Of a DNA stretch of 56,488 nt, positions 15,944-24,026 are shown piece by piece; the first letter of the stretch is position 1; each line of letters opens with the position of its first letter. Under the pieces are notes generated by a model, which searched no databases, was not told the origin of the DNA, and saw only the letters and a list, made by a program, of their open reading frames with translations. Origin of the DNA: a virus. Taxonomy: Duplodnaviria; Caudoviricetes. The stretch covers positions 1 to 56,488 of IMG/VR virus record IMGVR_UViG_3300044701_000673; one strand, written 5' to 3'. A program made the position numbers and the translations under genes.

Positions 15944-18304
15944 TCACACCTCGTCGTGGCTGATCCAGTCGCCCTGCACGATGACGGCCACCTCTCTGGC
16001 CTGCCTCGGGTCGGTGATCCTATCGACGGCCAGCACGTTGGTCTTGATCCACGTCTTGACGATGGACGCGACCTTGGCCTTGCCTGCCTTGTCGCTGATG
16101 TCGATGCCGATCATGTCGCCCACGGCGACACCCACCCACCTCTTGGACTGCACGCTCTCACGGTACGGGTCACCGTCTTCTAAGGCGTTGGCCACGATCC
16201 TCTGGATGTTCCTTGCGTCCTTGGCGCTGATACCGTCGAAGGCATCGGGCAGGCTGTAGGGCACGCAGACGCCGATCCACTCGCCGTTGTCGATCTTGAC
16301 GCCCTCCATCTTCCTGTAGACCGCAGCGGCTGCTGGCGGGGCCAGATTGGCCTTCCCGTCATCTACCCGGAACACCGACCTCGCCTCGGTCTCGTCGATC
16401 CCAAGCTTCACGGCGTCGTCGGCTGACATGCGGTTGACCACCCGCGCCGCCCTAGCAGCCCCGATCAGGCTGCCCGCGCCACGCACGCTGTCGATGCTGG
16501 CATCATCGCTGCCATTGCCCTTGCGGATGTGGTGGACCAGCCCGATGGCGCATTTGGTCTCGTCAGCCACGCGCCTTATTTCCGCCACAATCGCGTTCAC
16601 GGCCATGTTATCATTTTCTTGAATGGCGTGGGCATTAACGAATGGGTCTATGAACACGCAGCCGATCTGCTTCTGCGGTATCTGCTTGCAGAGGTACTCG
16701 ACCAGCTTGGTATTGGGCAGGACGCCGTCGCGGGTCTGGATGCCAAACTTGAGGCTGAAGTCTCGGCCCGCGTTGACGAAGAGGCGCCCGCGCACGTCAT
16801 CGGGCTTGATCCCGTAATGCCGCATCGCAGCAAGGACGCGGCGCTGTATTTCCTCTAGGGGATCCTCGAGGTTGACCAGCCAGACGTTTGTCCGCTCCTT
16901 CACTTCCTCGCCCAAGAGCGGGCGGCCCGTCACGATGGCGAGGGCTTCCACGATCTGCAGGGATGTCTTCCCGATGCCGCCTGCCGATGCCAGCACGCTG
17001 ACGAAGGACCGCAGATAGTGGCTGGCGTATATCCAGCGGCGCGGTTCGATGCTGGCCTCGTCGAACATATCGTAGAGGGTGGGCCAATCCGGCGCGCTCT
17101 CGGGGGCGTCCGGGGTGTCGAAGTCGTCAAGGTCTATGTCGTCGTCCGACGAAATTTCGTTGGCGGGGTCTGCCACCTTTGTTTCGTTGACGATTCTCTC
17201 CGACGAAATTTCGTTGGAGGTGGGGGCCACATAGTCGAAATCATCCATGCCGTTCTGCGGAATGTCGATCTCCGCGTTGGTGCCCCTGATCTCGGCACCG
17301 TAGGCACGCACGGCGGCGTCGAAGTCTCCACGATGCTCGTAGTGGACCCACAAATCCCACGCATCACCCCAGCAGTATGAATGCTCGCCCAGAGACTTTT
17401 GCCTGCCGACACCAGCTGCCGCGTCTGAGCCTGACAGGCTGACCCAATGGGTGCCGAAATTCTGCGTCGCGTAGCTGTGGCTGGTTTGGTAGCGGGAGCG
17501 GTAATGATGGGACGATCCGCGCCGCTCGTATTGATAGCGTGCGAACAGGTCTTCGATGGAGTGGTCAGCGTTGAAGGCGTCCACCGGGCTGACCTGATCG
17601 GGGAACTTCTGGCGGCGTTCGGCACGCTGGCGGTCACGCTCCCGGCGCGCGATCTCGGCCTGCTCCGCGGCGAGGCGGTATTGTTCCAGCCTGCGGTCGA
17701 TCTCTTGGCGGATGGCGCTGTCTGCGTCGAGACGCAGGGTGCCAGCCCGGATGATGCGGTGCTGGTAGAAGATCGGGGTGAGATCCGGGTTGCGTTTGCC
17801 GAGCGGCACGTTGGGCAGGTAGATCGGCTGCCCGCAGCGTGCCAGCGCGCCGTCGGGGTGAATGCCTTGGGCGTGCAGGAGATCGAAGAGGGCGGTCTGG
17901 GCCAACTCGTAGTCGGCGCCGGTCAGAAAGGACGCCAGAGGCAGCAGGACGCGCCACTTGCGGTTTTCCGGGGTTGCGCCCGAGGATGAATAGGCGAGCA
18001 GGCTCACGGGCCCGCAGACGGCCTCCACAGCGGTCAGCACGTCGTCGAGGCTGGGGTTGCCACGGTCGATGTCGAGGGCCAGCATGCGGTACGCCCCACG
18101 CTCGCGCTGCGCCTCGTGGGATCTGCCATCATGCTCGCGGTAGGTCGAGGGGATGAAGAAGTCGGCGTCCTGCTTCTCCTTGGCCTGCGGGGTGGCGACC
18201 ATGCGGGCGATCTCGGCCCAAGAGATGCCAGGGTATGTCTGGCCGGGCTTGTCGATCAGGGTGTGGAAGGAGCCGGGGGCGGTCAGGAAGCGGATGTCAG
18301 ACAT
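15944..18304 (-). CDS. Primase-helicase (N-terminal primase-like domain, C-terminal AAA_25/RepA-type SF4 helicase)
   Basis: LALDID, YSSSG..KWRVLLPL, QPIYLP; SAGGIGKTSL Walker A, NLED, FIDPF Walker B, LVHHIRK, RGAGSL, KANLAP; start uncertain (18304 or 18328). Confidence 0.85.
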   Translation of the reverse strand: MSDIRFLTAPGSFHTLIDKPGQTYPGISWAEIARMVATPQAKEKQDADFFIPSTYREHDGRSHEAQRERGAYRMLALDIDRGNPSLDDVLTAVEAVCGPVSLLAYSSSGATPENRKWRVLLPLASFLTGADYELAQTALFDLLHAQGIHPDGALARCGQPIYLPNVPLGKRNPDLTPIFYQHRIIRAGTLRLDADSAIRQEIDRRLEQYRLAAEQAEIARRERDRQRAERRQKFPDQVSPVDAFNADHSIEDLFARYQYERRGSSHHYRSRYQTSHSYATQNFGTHWVSLSGSDAAAGVGRQKSLGEHSYCWGDAWDLWVHYEHRGDFDAAVRAYGAEIRGTNAEIDIPQNGMDDFDYVAPTSNEISSERIVNETKVADPANEISSDDDIDLDDFDTPDAPESAPDWPTLYDMFDEASIEPRRWIYASHYLRSFVSVLASAGGIGKTSLQIVEALAIVTGRPLLGEEVKERTNVWLVNLEDPLEEIQRRVLAAMRHYGIKPDDVRGRLFVNAGRDFSLKFGIQTRDGVLPNTKLVEYLCKQIPQKQIGCVFIDPFVNAHAIQENDNMAVNAIVAEIRRVADETKCAIGLVHHIRKGNGSDDASIDSVRGAGSLIGAARAARVVNRMSADDAVKLGIDETEARSVFRVDDGKANLAPPAAAAVYRKMEGVKIDNGEWIGVCVPYSLPDAFDGISAKDARNIQRIVANALEDGDPYRESVQSKRWVGVAVGDMIGIDISDKAGKAKVASIVKTWIKTNVLAVDRITDPRQAREVAVIVQGDWISHDEV

Positions 18305-18417
18305 TGTGCGCACCACGACGCTTGCCACCAGATATAGACTGCATTATAGTTTTTCCTGTGTTTGGTTGCTCTGACACATGGAACTTGCTCCTCGCCTGTT
18401 CCGCCTGCCTTTGACTT

Positions 18418-18455
18418 GAACCCCGGCGCGTTGGTCTCACGCCGGGGTTCTTTTT
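18418..18455 (+). terminator. Intrinsic-terminator-like hairpin
   Basis: GAACCCCGGCG / CGCCGGGGTTC 11-bp stem followed by TTTTT on the + strand. Confidence 0.55.
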
Positions 18456-18458
18456 ATG

Positions 18459-19112
18459 TCACCACGGGATATCGTCCCCGAGCTCTTCCTTAATGCTTTG
18501 GCGCTTCTCTTCGGCCAATGGCTTGCGCGACTGCTCAAACGGGTCAGCCTTGCTCTCGACGGTATCGAAGTCATCCATGCCGCCGTCGCCATAGCGGGCT
18601 TCGGTGACCTGCACCGCGTCTAGCAGAAGGCTGATGCCGCCATTGCCATCGGGGTCGATCACGGCCACGGCCCAAGCGCGCACGGTGCCTTTGGAGCCGC
18701 CCCAGAAGGCTAGATCGGCCAGCGGCTGCTTCTGCCCGTCAATGACGGTCGGTGCCTTGTTGGGCGTGCCGTCCTTCTTCATGCCGTTGCGCTTGGCGGT
18801 AAACTGCACGATCCCGGTTTCATTGCCGTTTTCGTCCTTCAACTTCTTCATGCTGAAGATGGTTTTGAATTGGGGCATCTTGCTGTTGCGCGAGCGGCAA
18901 GCCTCGTAATGGGCGCGCAGCTCTTCGTAAAGAGGCTTGGCCTGTTCCTTTGGCATTTCGAAGGCCACGCTCCAAGCCGCGTTGGATGCCGTCGGCGCGC
19001 AGGGTTCGCTGGCCTGCTTCTGGGTGTTGAAGCGGTATGTCCCGTTCAGCTTGGGGTATTGCAGGGTCACGTTCTTGACGAGAACCTTGTGGAAGTCATC
19101 GTTGTTAGCCAT
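18459..19112 (-). CDS. Single-stranded DNA-binding protein (T7 gp2.5-like)
   Basis: YPKL, P.VIDG, GGSKG, GISLLLDAVQV, acidic tail ending DDIPW. Confidence 0.75.
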   Translation of the reverse strand: MANNDDFHKVLVKNVTLQYPKLNGTYRFNTQKQASEPCAPTASNAAWSVAFEMPKEQAKPLYEELRAHYEACRSRNSKMPQFKTIFSMKKLKDENGNETGIVQFTAKRNGMKKDGTPNKAPTVIDGQKQPLADLAFWGGSKGTVRAWAVAVIDPDGNGGISLLLDAVQVTEARYGDGGMDDFDTVESKADPFEQSRKPLAEEKRQSIKEELGDDIPW

Positions 19113-19136
19113 GGTTTGCTCCTCTTGGCGTTGGTC

Positions 19137-19949
19137 TCAGAAGTCTACGTTTTGGTCGAAGATGTCATCTTCGGCGGTCTCGGCCTGCCAGCGCGGCAGA
19201 CTGATAGTATTGATCAGTGGCCAGCCCGTTGTGAAGGCGGAAACTGCGGTGGCGTTGCTGATCTTTTGGAGGGTATGGGTCACGACCTGATCGGCGTGGC
19301 GCATGTAGTCGTCGGTGAGGGCGTGCAGGCAGACGGCGTGCGGCGGCTCCTTCTCCACGGCAATGAAGATGAACGTATCGGCCTTGAACCCCGCCGACCG
19401 AAGTGCGCGCAGGTAAAAGGCGCCTTGGACGTCGTAAGCGAACTTTCGCAATTCACGCGGGAACCCGTCTGGGCTGGCATCGGTGGTGGTCTTCAGGTCA
19501 AAGACAATGCCATAATCCGGCAGATAGCCGTCGGGCCTGCACTTGATCTCCACGCCGGTTTCCGGGTCGATGCCGAAGAAGGAGGCCTCGGCCACGAAGG
19601 TCGGGTCGCCGAGATACTGTTCGACGACCGGGTGAGCCTTCGCGGCATCGGCGATTCGGGCGGCCAAGTCAAACTCGCCCTCGGGCAGCAAGATTTGGCC
19701 CTCAATGTCGGCGGCGAAGCTGGCCTCCTTCCACTTGTTGCCTCGGCGGTCTTCGGGGCCACGCACGACCAAGTTCTTTTCCGGCTCCAGCACGAGGGCG
19801 TGGACGGCGCTGCCCAGCGCGAAGGCCGAGGTTTCCTTGCGGACCTTGCCTTTCCAATGGGCCAGCGACTTGGTGTGGACCGCCTTCACGTCCGAGGACG
19901 AGATCGCGGGGTGGGCGTGGTATTCCTTGTTGGTTAGCTCTCGGTTCAT
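19137..19949 (-). CDS. PD-(D/E)XK exonuclease (RecE/ExoVIII-like)
   Basis: EYHA..ISSS, GSAVHALVLEP, KCRPD, DLKTT, YDVQGAFY, FIAVEK. Confidence 0.85.
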   Translation of the reverse strand: MNRELTNKEYHAHPAISSSDVKAVHTKSLAHWKGKVRKETSAFALGSAVHALVLEPEKNLVVRGPEDRRGNKWKEASFAADIEGQILLPEGEFDLAARIADAAKAHPVVEQYLGDPTFVAEASFFGIDPETGVEIKCRPDGYLPDYGIVFDLKTTTDASPDGFPRELRKFAYDVQGAFYLRALRSAGFKADTFIFIAVEKEPPHAVCLHALTDDYMRHADQVVTHTLQKISNATAVSAFTTGWPLINTISLPRWQAETAEDDIFDQNVDF

Positions 19950-20383
19950 TTCTTCCTCCATCCGTAATATGCGATCAGCGCCGCCTCGGCCCGACCGTCG
20001 TCTTTCTTGCGCGCCCAGAGGTGGGACTGATCCGGGAAGACGCTTGATGCGTATGCTCTGGATGCGTCCTTGTCGGTCGAGAGGCCGAAGTGCTTCTTCC
20101 ACGCGGCTGGCGGCACCTCGTTCGTCGGCACGCCCGCGAAGAACAGGCAGGCCTTCAGTTCTCCATATGCCTGCGCGATGCGGGCTACGTTGGCGGTTCC
20201 GATCATTCTCGGAAAATAGGGTTTCTCCACCCAAGCGCATCGTACTGCACCAATCTCGGACAGGATGGCGCGCTTTTCCTCAATGGTGCCGGGCATGTCG
20301 TAGACGCGCACGCTCATGTCGTCACCGTCCATGACCGCGATGGCTCCGGTCTTGCCGGGGTCGATGCCGATGTAGAGTGCCAT
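19946..20383 (-). CDS. RuvC-like Holliday junction resolvase
   Basis: IGIDPGKTGA, VEK, VPPAAWKK, KDASR, DGRAEAALIA. Confidence 0.85.
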   Translation of the reverse strand: MALYIGIDPGKTGAIAVMDGDDMSVRVYDMPGTIEEKRAILSEIGAVRCAWVEKPYFPRMIGTANVARIAQAYGELKACLFFAGVPTNEVPPAAWKKHFGLSTDKDASRAYASSVFPDQSHLWARKKDDGRAEAALIAYYGWRKK

Positions 20384-20655
20384 CAGGGTGCCACCGCAAT
20401 CTCGCCGCCGCAGGCCATGTAGCCACAGGCGTCAATCCAGTTGTCCGCGTTGCCGGGGTTAGAGTCGATGCGCGCGATCTTCAACAGGGTCATCATCACG
20501 GCCACGTCATGCGGATTAACAGTGACGCCAAGATACGCGCTCCAATACTCAGAGATGTGTTTGAAATTTCTTTCAGCATCACCGTGCGTGGCGTCACGAT
20601 CCTTGGTGATGTACTCCTTGGCGGTGTCCAATATCTCGGCCCGGTTCATTTCCAC
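20383..20655 (-). CDS. DUF6378-like phage protein
   Basis: DRDATHGDAERNF..I..YWSAYL, VAVMMTLLKIAR, DNWIDACGY. Confidence 0.75.
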   Translation of the reverse strand: MEMNRAEILDTAKEYITKDRDATHGDAERNFKHISEYWSAYLGVTVNPHDVAVMMTLLKIARIDSNPGNADNWIDACGYMACGGEIAVAP

Positions 20656-20846
20656 ATCTCCTTGTCGCGCAGGCTATCCAGCCCGGTGATCTCGGCGATG
20701 CGGTTGCGGTAGATCGCGGCAGGCACGATGCCGCCCTGCATCCAGCGTGACATGCTGGACTTCGCGACCGGGATTTGGTCGGCCAGCCAGCCGAGCTTGC
20801 GCCCGCCGTCCTTCGCCCATTGTCTGATTAGGTCTTGAGCCTTCAC
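20646..20846 (-). CDS. Cro-like HTH regulator
   Basis: WLADQIPVAKSSMSRW helix-turn-helix; first gene after the divergent control region; GGAGG RBS. Confidence 0.7.
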   Translation of the reverse strand: MKAQDLIRQWAKDGGRKLGWLADQIPVAKSSMSRWMQGGIVPAAIYRNRIAEITGLDSLRDKEMWK

Positions 20847-20873
20847 GGCATCCTCCTGCGTTTCGGTTCGATC

Positions 20874-20902
20874 TGTCTATTTGTTAAAAAAATATGCGTC
20901 AA
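20874..20902 (-). promoter_or_regulatory. Putative leftward promoter
   Basis: TTGACG-17-TAGACA in the AT-rich divergent gap. Confidence 0.45.
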
Positions 20903-20916
20903 GTGCAAATATTTTC

Positions 20917-20983
20917 TTGCACGGGGTGTGATAGGGTGTATTGTGGGGGCACGAACTAGCAAACAAGGATGAACAAGATGACC
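20917..20983 (+). promoter_or_regulatory. Early promoter plus leader cassette, copy B
   Basis: TTGCAC-16-TATTGT-6-ACGAACTAGCAAACAAGGATGAACAAGATGACC. Confidence 0.7.
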
Positions 20984-21268
20984 ACCGTAACCACGATCAA
21001 TACAAACTGCATCAAGGTTGAGATGTTGAATACTCAGCTTGAGCGCGAGACATACTGGATCGACCTGCGTGGAGTTTACATCGACACCAAGGCCCCGATG
21101 GTCAGCGTGACCGTTTCCCGCAAAAACGGCGGGTCAGCCCAGCTTAACAATAATGTACACCAGACGCGGATTGGCCGAGTTTGCTCGGTCGCCCGCAAGG
21201 AATTGGCGGCATATGTGAAAGGCCTGCTGGAAGCGCAGCCGGAAGCTGGCTTTGATAAGCGCATCTGA
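20978..21268 (+). CDS. Early hypothetical protein
   Basis: First ORF after cassette B. Confidence 0.7.
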   Translation: MTTVTTINTNCIKVEMLNTQLERETYWIDLRGVYIDTKAPMVSVTVSRKNGGSAQLNNNVHQTRIGRVCSVARKELAAYVKGLLEAQPEAGFDKRI

Positions 21269-21393
21269 TGACCCTCGAACTCGAACTCAACAGGCTTGGC
21301 ATTATTGCCAAGCCAGCACCCCGCCCCCAGCCAGCGGCCTACGCGCCGCCACAGTGGAAACCAACTTACCCCGGCGAAGAACCGCCATTTTGA
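21268..21393 (+). CDS. Small Pro-rich hypothetical protein (41 aa, not in ORF track)
   Basis: TGATG coupling; MTLELELNRLGIIAKPAPRPQP...EEPPF. Confidence 0.55.
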   Translation: MTLELELNRLGIIAKPAPRPQPAAYAPPQWKPTYPGEEPPF

Positions 21394-21408
21394 TAGGAGA
21401 CGAACAAC

Positions 21409-21606
21409 ATGTCAGACCCAACCATCCTCATCACGCTGGAGCAGGCCGAGGCGGCTCTGGAGTGCATCGACCGAGACATTGAGAGCAGTTACTCAAACCG
21501 TGACCCAAACTATCACGACGTTGGCGAGATGATGTTCTACCTGCGCCGCGCTGAACTGCGCCTGCGCTTGGCCGCCGCAATCAACGCCAACAAGGAGACC
21601 AAATAA
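21409..21606 (+). CDS. Early hypothetical protein
   Basis: AGGAG RBS, 65 aa. Confidence 0.7.
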   Translation: MSDPTILITLEQAEAALECIDRDIESSYSNRDPNYHDVGEMMFYLRRAELRLRLAAAINANKETK

Positions 21607-21704
21607 TGCGCATCAGAGACGTCCTTTCCGCCATGATCGGCACCCTGTGCATCTTCGCCGTACTGTACGCGGCCCTTCTGTTCGCCCACGGGATGGGGTG
21701 GTAA
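21606..21704 (+). CDS. Small membrane protein (32 aa, not in ORF track)
   Basis: AAGGAG RBS, TAATG coupling, hydrophobic MIGTLCIFAVLYAALLFA. Confidence 0.55.
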   Translation: MRIRDVLSAMIGTLCIFAVLYAALLFAHGMGW

Positions 21705-21705
21705 A

Positions 21706-21897
21706 ATGGCAATCAGACTCGGAGCCAACGACACCCACATCGTGCTGACGGCACTGTGGGATTATCGCGAGACGCTGACGATTTATTACGACATTAAGCC
21801 CACGCTGGAGCTCAAAAACAAGATCAAAGCTATCGATCGCCTGATCGCATCGTACAAGAAATCGTACTTCGCGCTGGATCGGCTGGGGTTGATGTGA
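21706..21897 (+). CDS. Early hypothetical protein
   Basis: 63 aa in a tightly packed operon. Confidence 0.65.
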   Translation: MAIRLGANDTHIVLTALWDYRETLTIYYDIKPTLELKNKIKAIDRLIASYKKSYFALDRLGLM

Positions 21898-22085
21898 TGA
21901 CCGAGGCAGACAAACTCCGCGCATTCATCTTTGTGAAAGAACAACAGATCAAAGATTTGGAAAGCAAATACGGGACCGGTGTTAGGCCCTCATGGGTGGG
22001 AGAGGACATAACGAGATACTGGCTGTATGCCCGCGACGCCAAAGATCAATTAGCAGAACTGGAAAAGAACAATGCAACCGACTGA
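21894..22085 (+). CDS. Early hypothetical protein
   Basis: 63 aa, overlaps its neighbours. Confidence 0.6.
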   Translation: MMTEADKLRAFIFVKEQQIKDLESKYGTGVRPSWVGEDITRYWLYARDAKDQLAELEKNNATD

Positions 22086-22482
22086 GATCCTTATCACTAA
22101 CAAGTTGGCAACAGGCACCACCTTCGCCGTCCTCGCCAGCGACATGACGCAGAACGTGTTCATCCCGTCCAAGCTGGCTTTGGATGCCAACCTGCGCCCC
22201 GGCCAGAAGGTCATGGCGCAGATCGTTCCGAACATGAGCCAGCCGGAGAAGACGCCTTGGTTGGCGATCTCGCTGGAGGATGCCGCGCCTGTATCACGGA
22301 ATGATACGCTGGGGGCCTTCATCCTCGGCAACTTGCAAGCTGATGGCCGCGCCACCGTCGAAGAGATCGCCGAGGATATGAACATGGCTGACGAAAAGAT
22401 CGCCGCCAAGCTGGCCGAGTTGGTCGCAGCCGGGCGTGTGGTGCGGCTGACCTGCTTCGATCTGCCGGAGGACGTGGCATGA
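22072..22482 (+). CDS. Hypothetical protein with OB-like N-part and C-terminal winged HTH
   Basis: NVFIPS..L.PG beta pattern; LQADGRATVEEIAEDMNM..L..LV..G.V. Confidence 0.6.
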   Translation: MQPTEILITNKLATGTTFAVLASDMTQNVFIPSKLALDANLRPGQKVMAQIVPNMSQPEKTPWLAISLEDAAPVSRNDTLGAFILGNLQADGRATVEEIAEDMNMADEKIAAKLAELVAAGRVVRLTCFDLPEDVA

Positions 22483-22697
22483 TGTTTTGGCGCAAGGAAC
22501 CAAAGACCATGCCGCACCGCGACGTGCAGGCAGAGGCCGCAATATGGATCAACAGCGCAGTGCAGGTGCTGCCGCCCAAGAGGTTCATGGACCTCGTCTA
22601 CTGGGCCATCATTAGCAATCGCCAGATCGGCATCGAGGACATCGACGCGCTGGCCAACCGACTGTCGCGCATAGCGTGGGAACGGGGGCGGAAATGA
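22479..22697 (+). CDS. Early hypothetical protein
   Basis: 72 aa, ATGA overlaps. Confidence 0.65.
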   Translation: MMFWRKEPKTMPHRDVQAEAAIWINSAVQVLPPKRFMDLVYWAIISNRQIGIEDIDALANRLSRIAWERGRK

Positions 22698-23068
22698 CCA
22701 TCGACATGACCAACAACCGAGTGCCGTATGGCCTGCTGACCGACGAGGAAAAGGCTGCGCTGCATGAGCATAAGAAGGCGGGTGGAGGGTTCTGCGTGAC
22801 CCGACCGCTACCAGTTTCAGAGGCGGCAGGAACCAGTTGGGTGCCTGACGCGGTTTACCGCACCGTCCCTCTGCCCCTGACCCAAGACGTGATTGCATGG
22901 GAGAAGCTGCCTGATTGGGTTGAGTGGGTGGCGAGGGATATGGATGGCAGTGTGTGGTGCTACGAGGCTGGGGGCGCTGTTCACCGCCGCATCGACGACT
23001 TCCCCGGCATCGTGCAGATCGGGACGTGTGATTGGAAAGACAGCAAGCAGCGGAGGCCACGGAAATGA
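22694..23068 (+). CDS. Early hypothetical protein
   Basis: ATGA overlaps; PDWVEWVARDMDG..W.Y motif. Confidence 0.65.
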   Translation: MTIDMTNNRVPYGLLTDEEKAALHEHKKAGGGFCVTRPLPVSEAAGTSWVPDAVYRTVPLPLTQDVIAWEKLPDWVEWVARDMDGSVWCYEAGGAVHRRIDDFPGIVQIGTCDWKDSKQRRPRK

Positions 23069-23388
23069 CTGACGAAGAACTGGTGAAGATGGCACGACTT
23101 GCTCAGCGTGATGACCGCATGTCCACAGGTGCCCTGTATGGTGATCTTGCCGACCGCATCGAAGCCCTGACCGCCGAGCCGCACGCGGAAGGCGAAGCAT
23201 GGGGCATTTTGAACCCATACGGCAGATTGTGGACGCACAACACATTCCCCAGCGAGGACGCGGCGCGGCGTCACGTTGAAGCCTTTTGGCGCGGGAACCC
23301 AAACGCGGGCGATTATGTACGCGGGCTCAAGCCTGTTCGCGTGAATGTGCGCGTGACGCTGGCCGAGATTGAGGGAGAGAAGGGATGA
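23065..23388 (+). CDS. Early hypothetical protein
   Basis: ATGA overlap, GGAGG RBS. Confidence 0.6.
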   Translation: MTDEELVKMARLAQRDDRMSTGALYGDLADRIEALTAEPHAEGEAWGILNPYGRLWTHNTFPSEDAARRHVEAFWRGNPNAGDYVRGLKPVRVNVRVTLAEIEGEKG

Positions 23389-23693
23389 GCAGTCTTAAAC
23401 TATACAGAACGACCAAAGGCGAGATGGAACGGATCATGTGCGACATCACATATCCGCATCCTGTCTACTTCGACCGACCTTCTAAGCGGCTTGCAAAGCA
23501 TGATCTCAAGGTCATGTTGCACGAGCGGGCAGAGGAGGCCAAACGCATCATTGATATGATGGAGCGTATGGCTGAGGCCAATGTCGAGAACGCGAGGCTT
23601 CGAGATTACATCAACGCCCTGCATGACTTCCACAACGCATTTGGTTTTTTCACTGTGGAAGCGCCCGGTAGACCGCATCTTTGGGAAGTGTAG
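23385..23693 (+). CDS. Early hypothetical protein
   Basis: 102 aa, ATGA overlap. Confidence 0.65.
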   Translation: MSSLKLYRTTKGEMERIMCDITYPHPVYFDRPSKRLAKHDLKVMLHERAEEAKRIIDMMERMAEANVENARLRDYINALHDFHNAFGFFTVEAPGRPHLWEV

Positions 23694-23696
23694 CCA

Positions 23697-23894
23697 ATGC
23701 CCCGTGAAGTCAGCAACAGCCCCGGAGCGAGGGCCTTGAGGCTGGCGGGCTATGTCAAGTTGCCCAACTTTTGGGTGACCCGCGAGCAGTACGAGTTGAT
23801 CCTGTGGATGGCCCAGCAGAACCTGCCAGAGATCAGCCGCATCAAGGCCGAGGCCGAGAAAAAAGCGATTGCGGGCCACAAACTGACCCGCTAA
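23697..23894 (+). CDS. Small hypothetical (possibly ribbon-helix-helix-like) protein
   Basis: 65 aa, ALRLAGYVKLPNFWVT; last gene of the + block. Confidence 0.6.
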   Translation: MPREVSNSPGARALRLAGYVKLPNFWVTREQYELILWMAQQNLPEISRIKAEAEKKAIAGHKLTR

Positions 23895-23898
23895 ATTT

Positions 23899-23992
23899 AT
23901 CACGAGGGGCGCATACGAAACCTGCGGTTTTGTATTGGTCGACGGTCAGACTGCGCTACGGCTCACCATCCACCATCAGCGCCCCTCGCGAT
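23899..23992. other. Structured intergenic element at the convergence of transcription units
   Basis: 14-bp inverted repeat 23899-23912 / 23979-23992 with one mismatch, enclosing an inner hairpin at 23913-23935. Confidence 0.5.
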
Positions 23993-24026
23993 TAAACCTA
24001 CGGAAGATCGGCGGGCTCGTCGATCG

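Noticed and set aside
19950-20240. N-terminal extension of the exonuclease ORF in the track (similar over-long starts at 13803, 34180, 39792, 45625, 55617)
   Set aside because: The extensions overlap upstream genes or regulatory elements; downstream starts with RBS or stop-start coupling fit better
20646-20983. Lysogeny switch (cI/cro) implying a temperate lifestyle
   Set aside because: Only one short HTH gene; no CI-like repressor, integrase or partition genes recognised
23906-23986. tRNA or tmRNA (GGGGCGC/GCGCCCC acceptor-like stem)
   Set aside because: No canonical TTCRA T-loop, D-arm, anticodon arm or CCA; kept only as an unclassified structure
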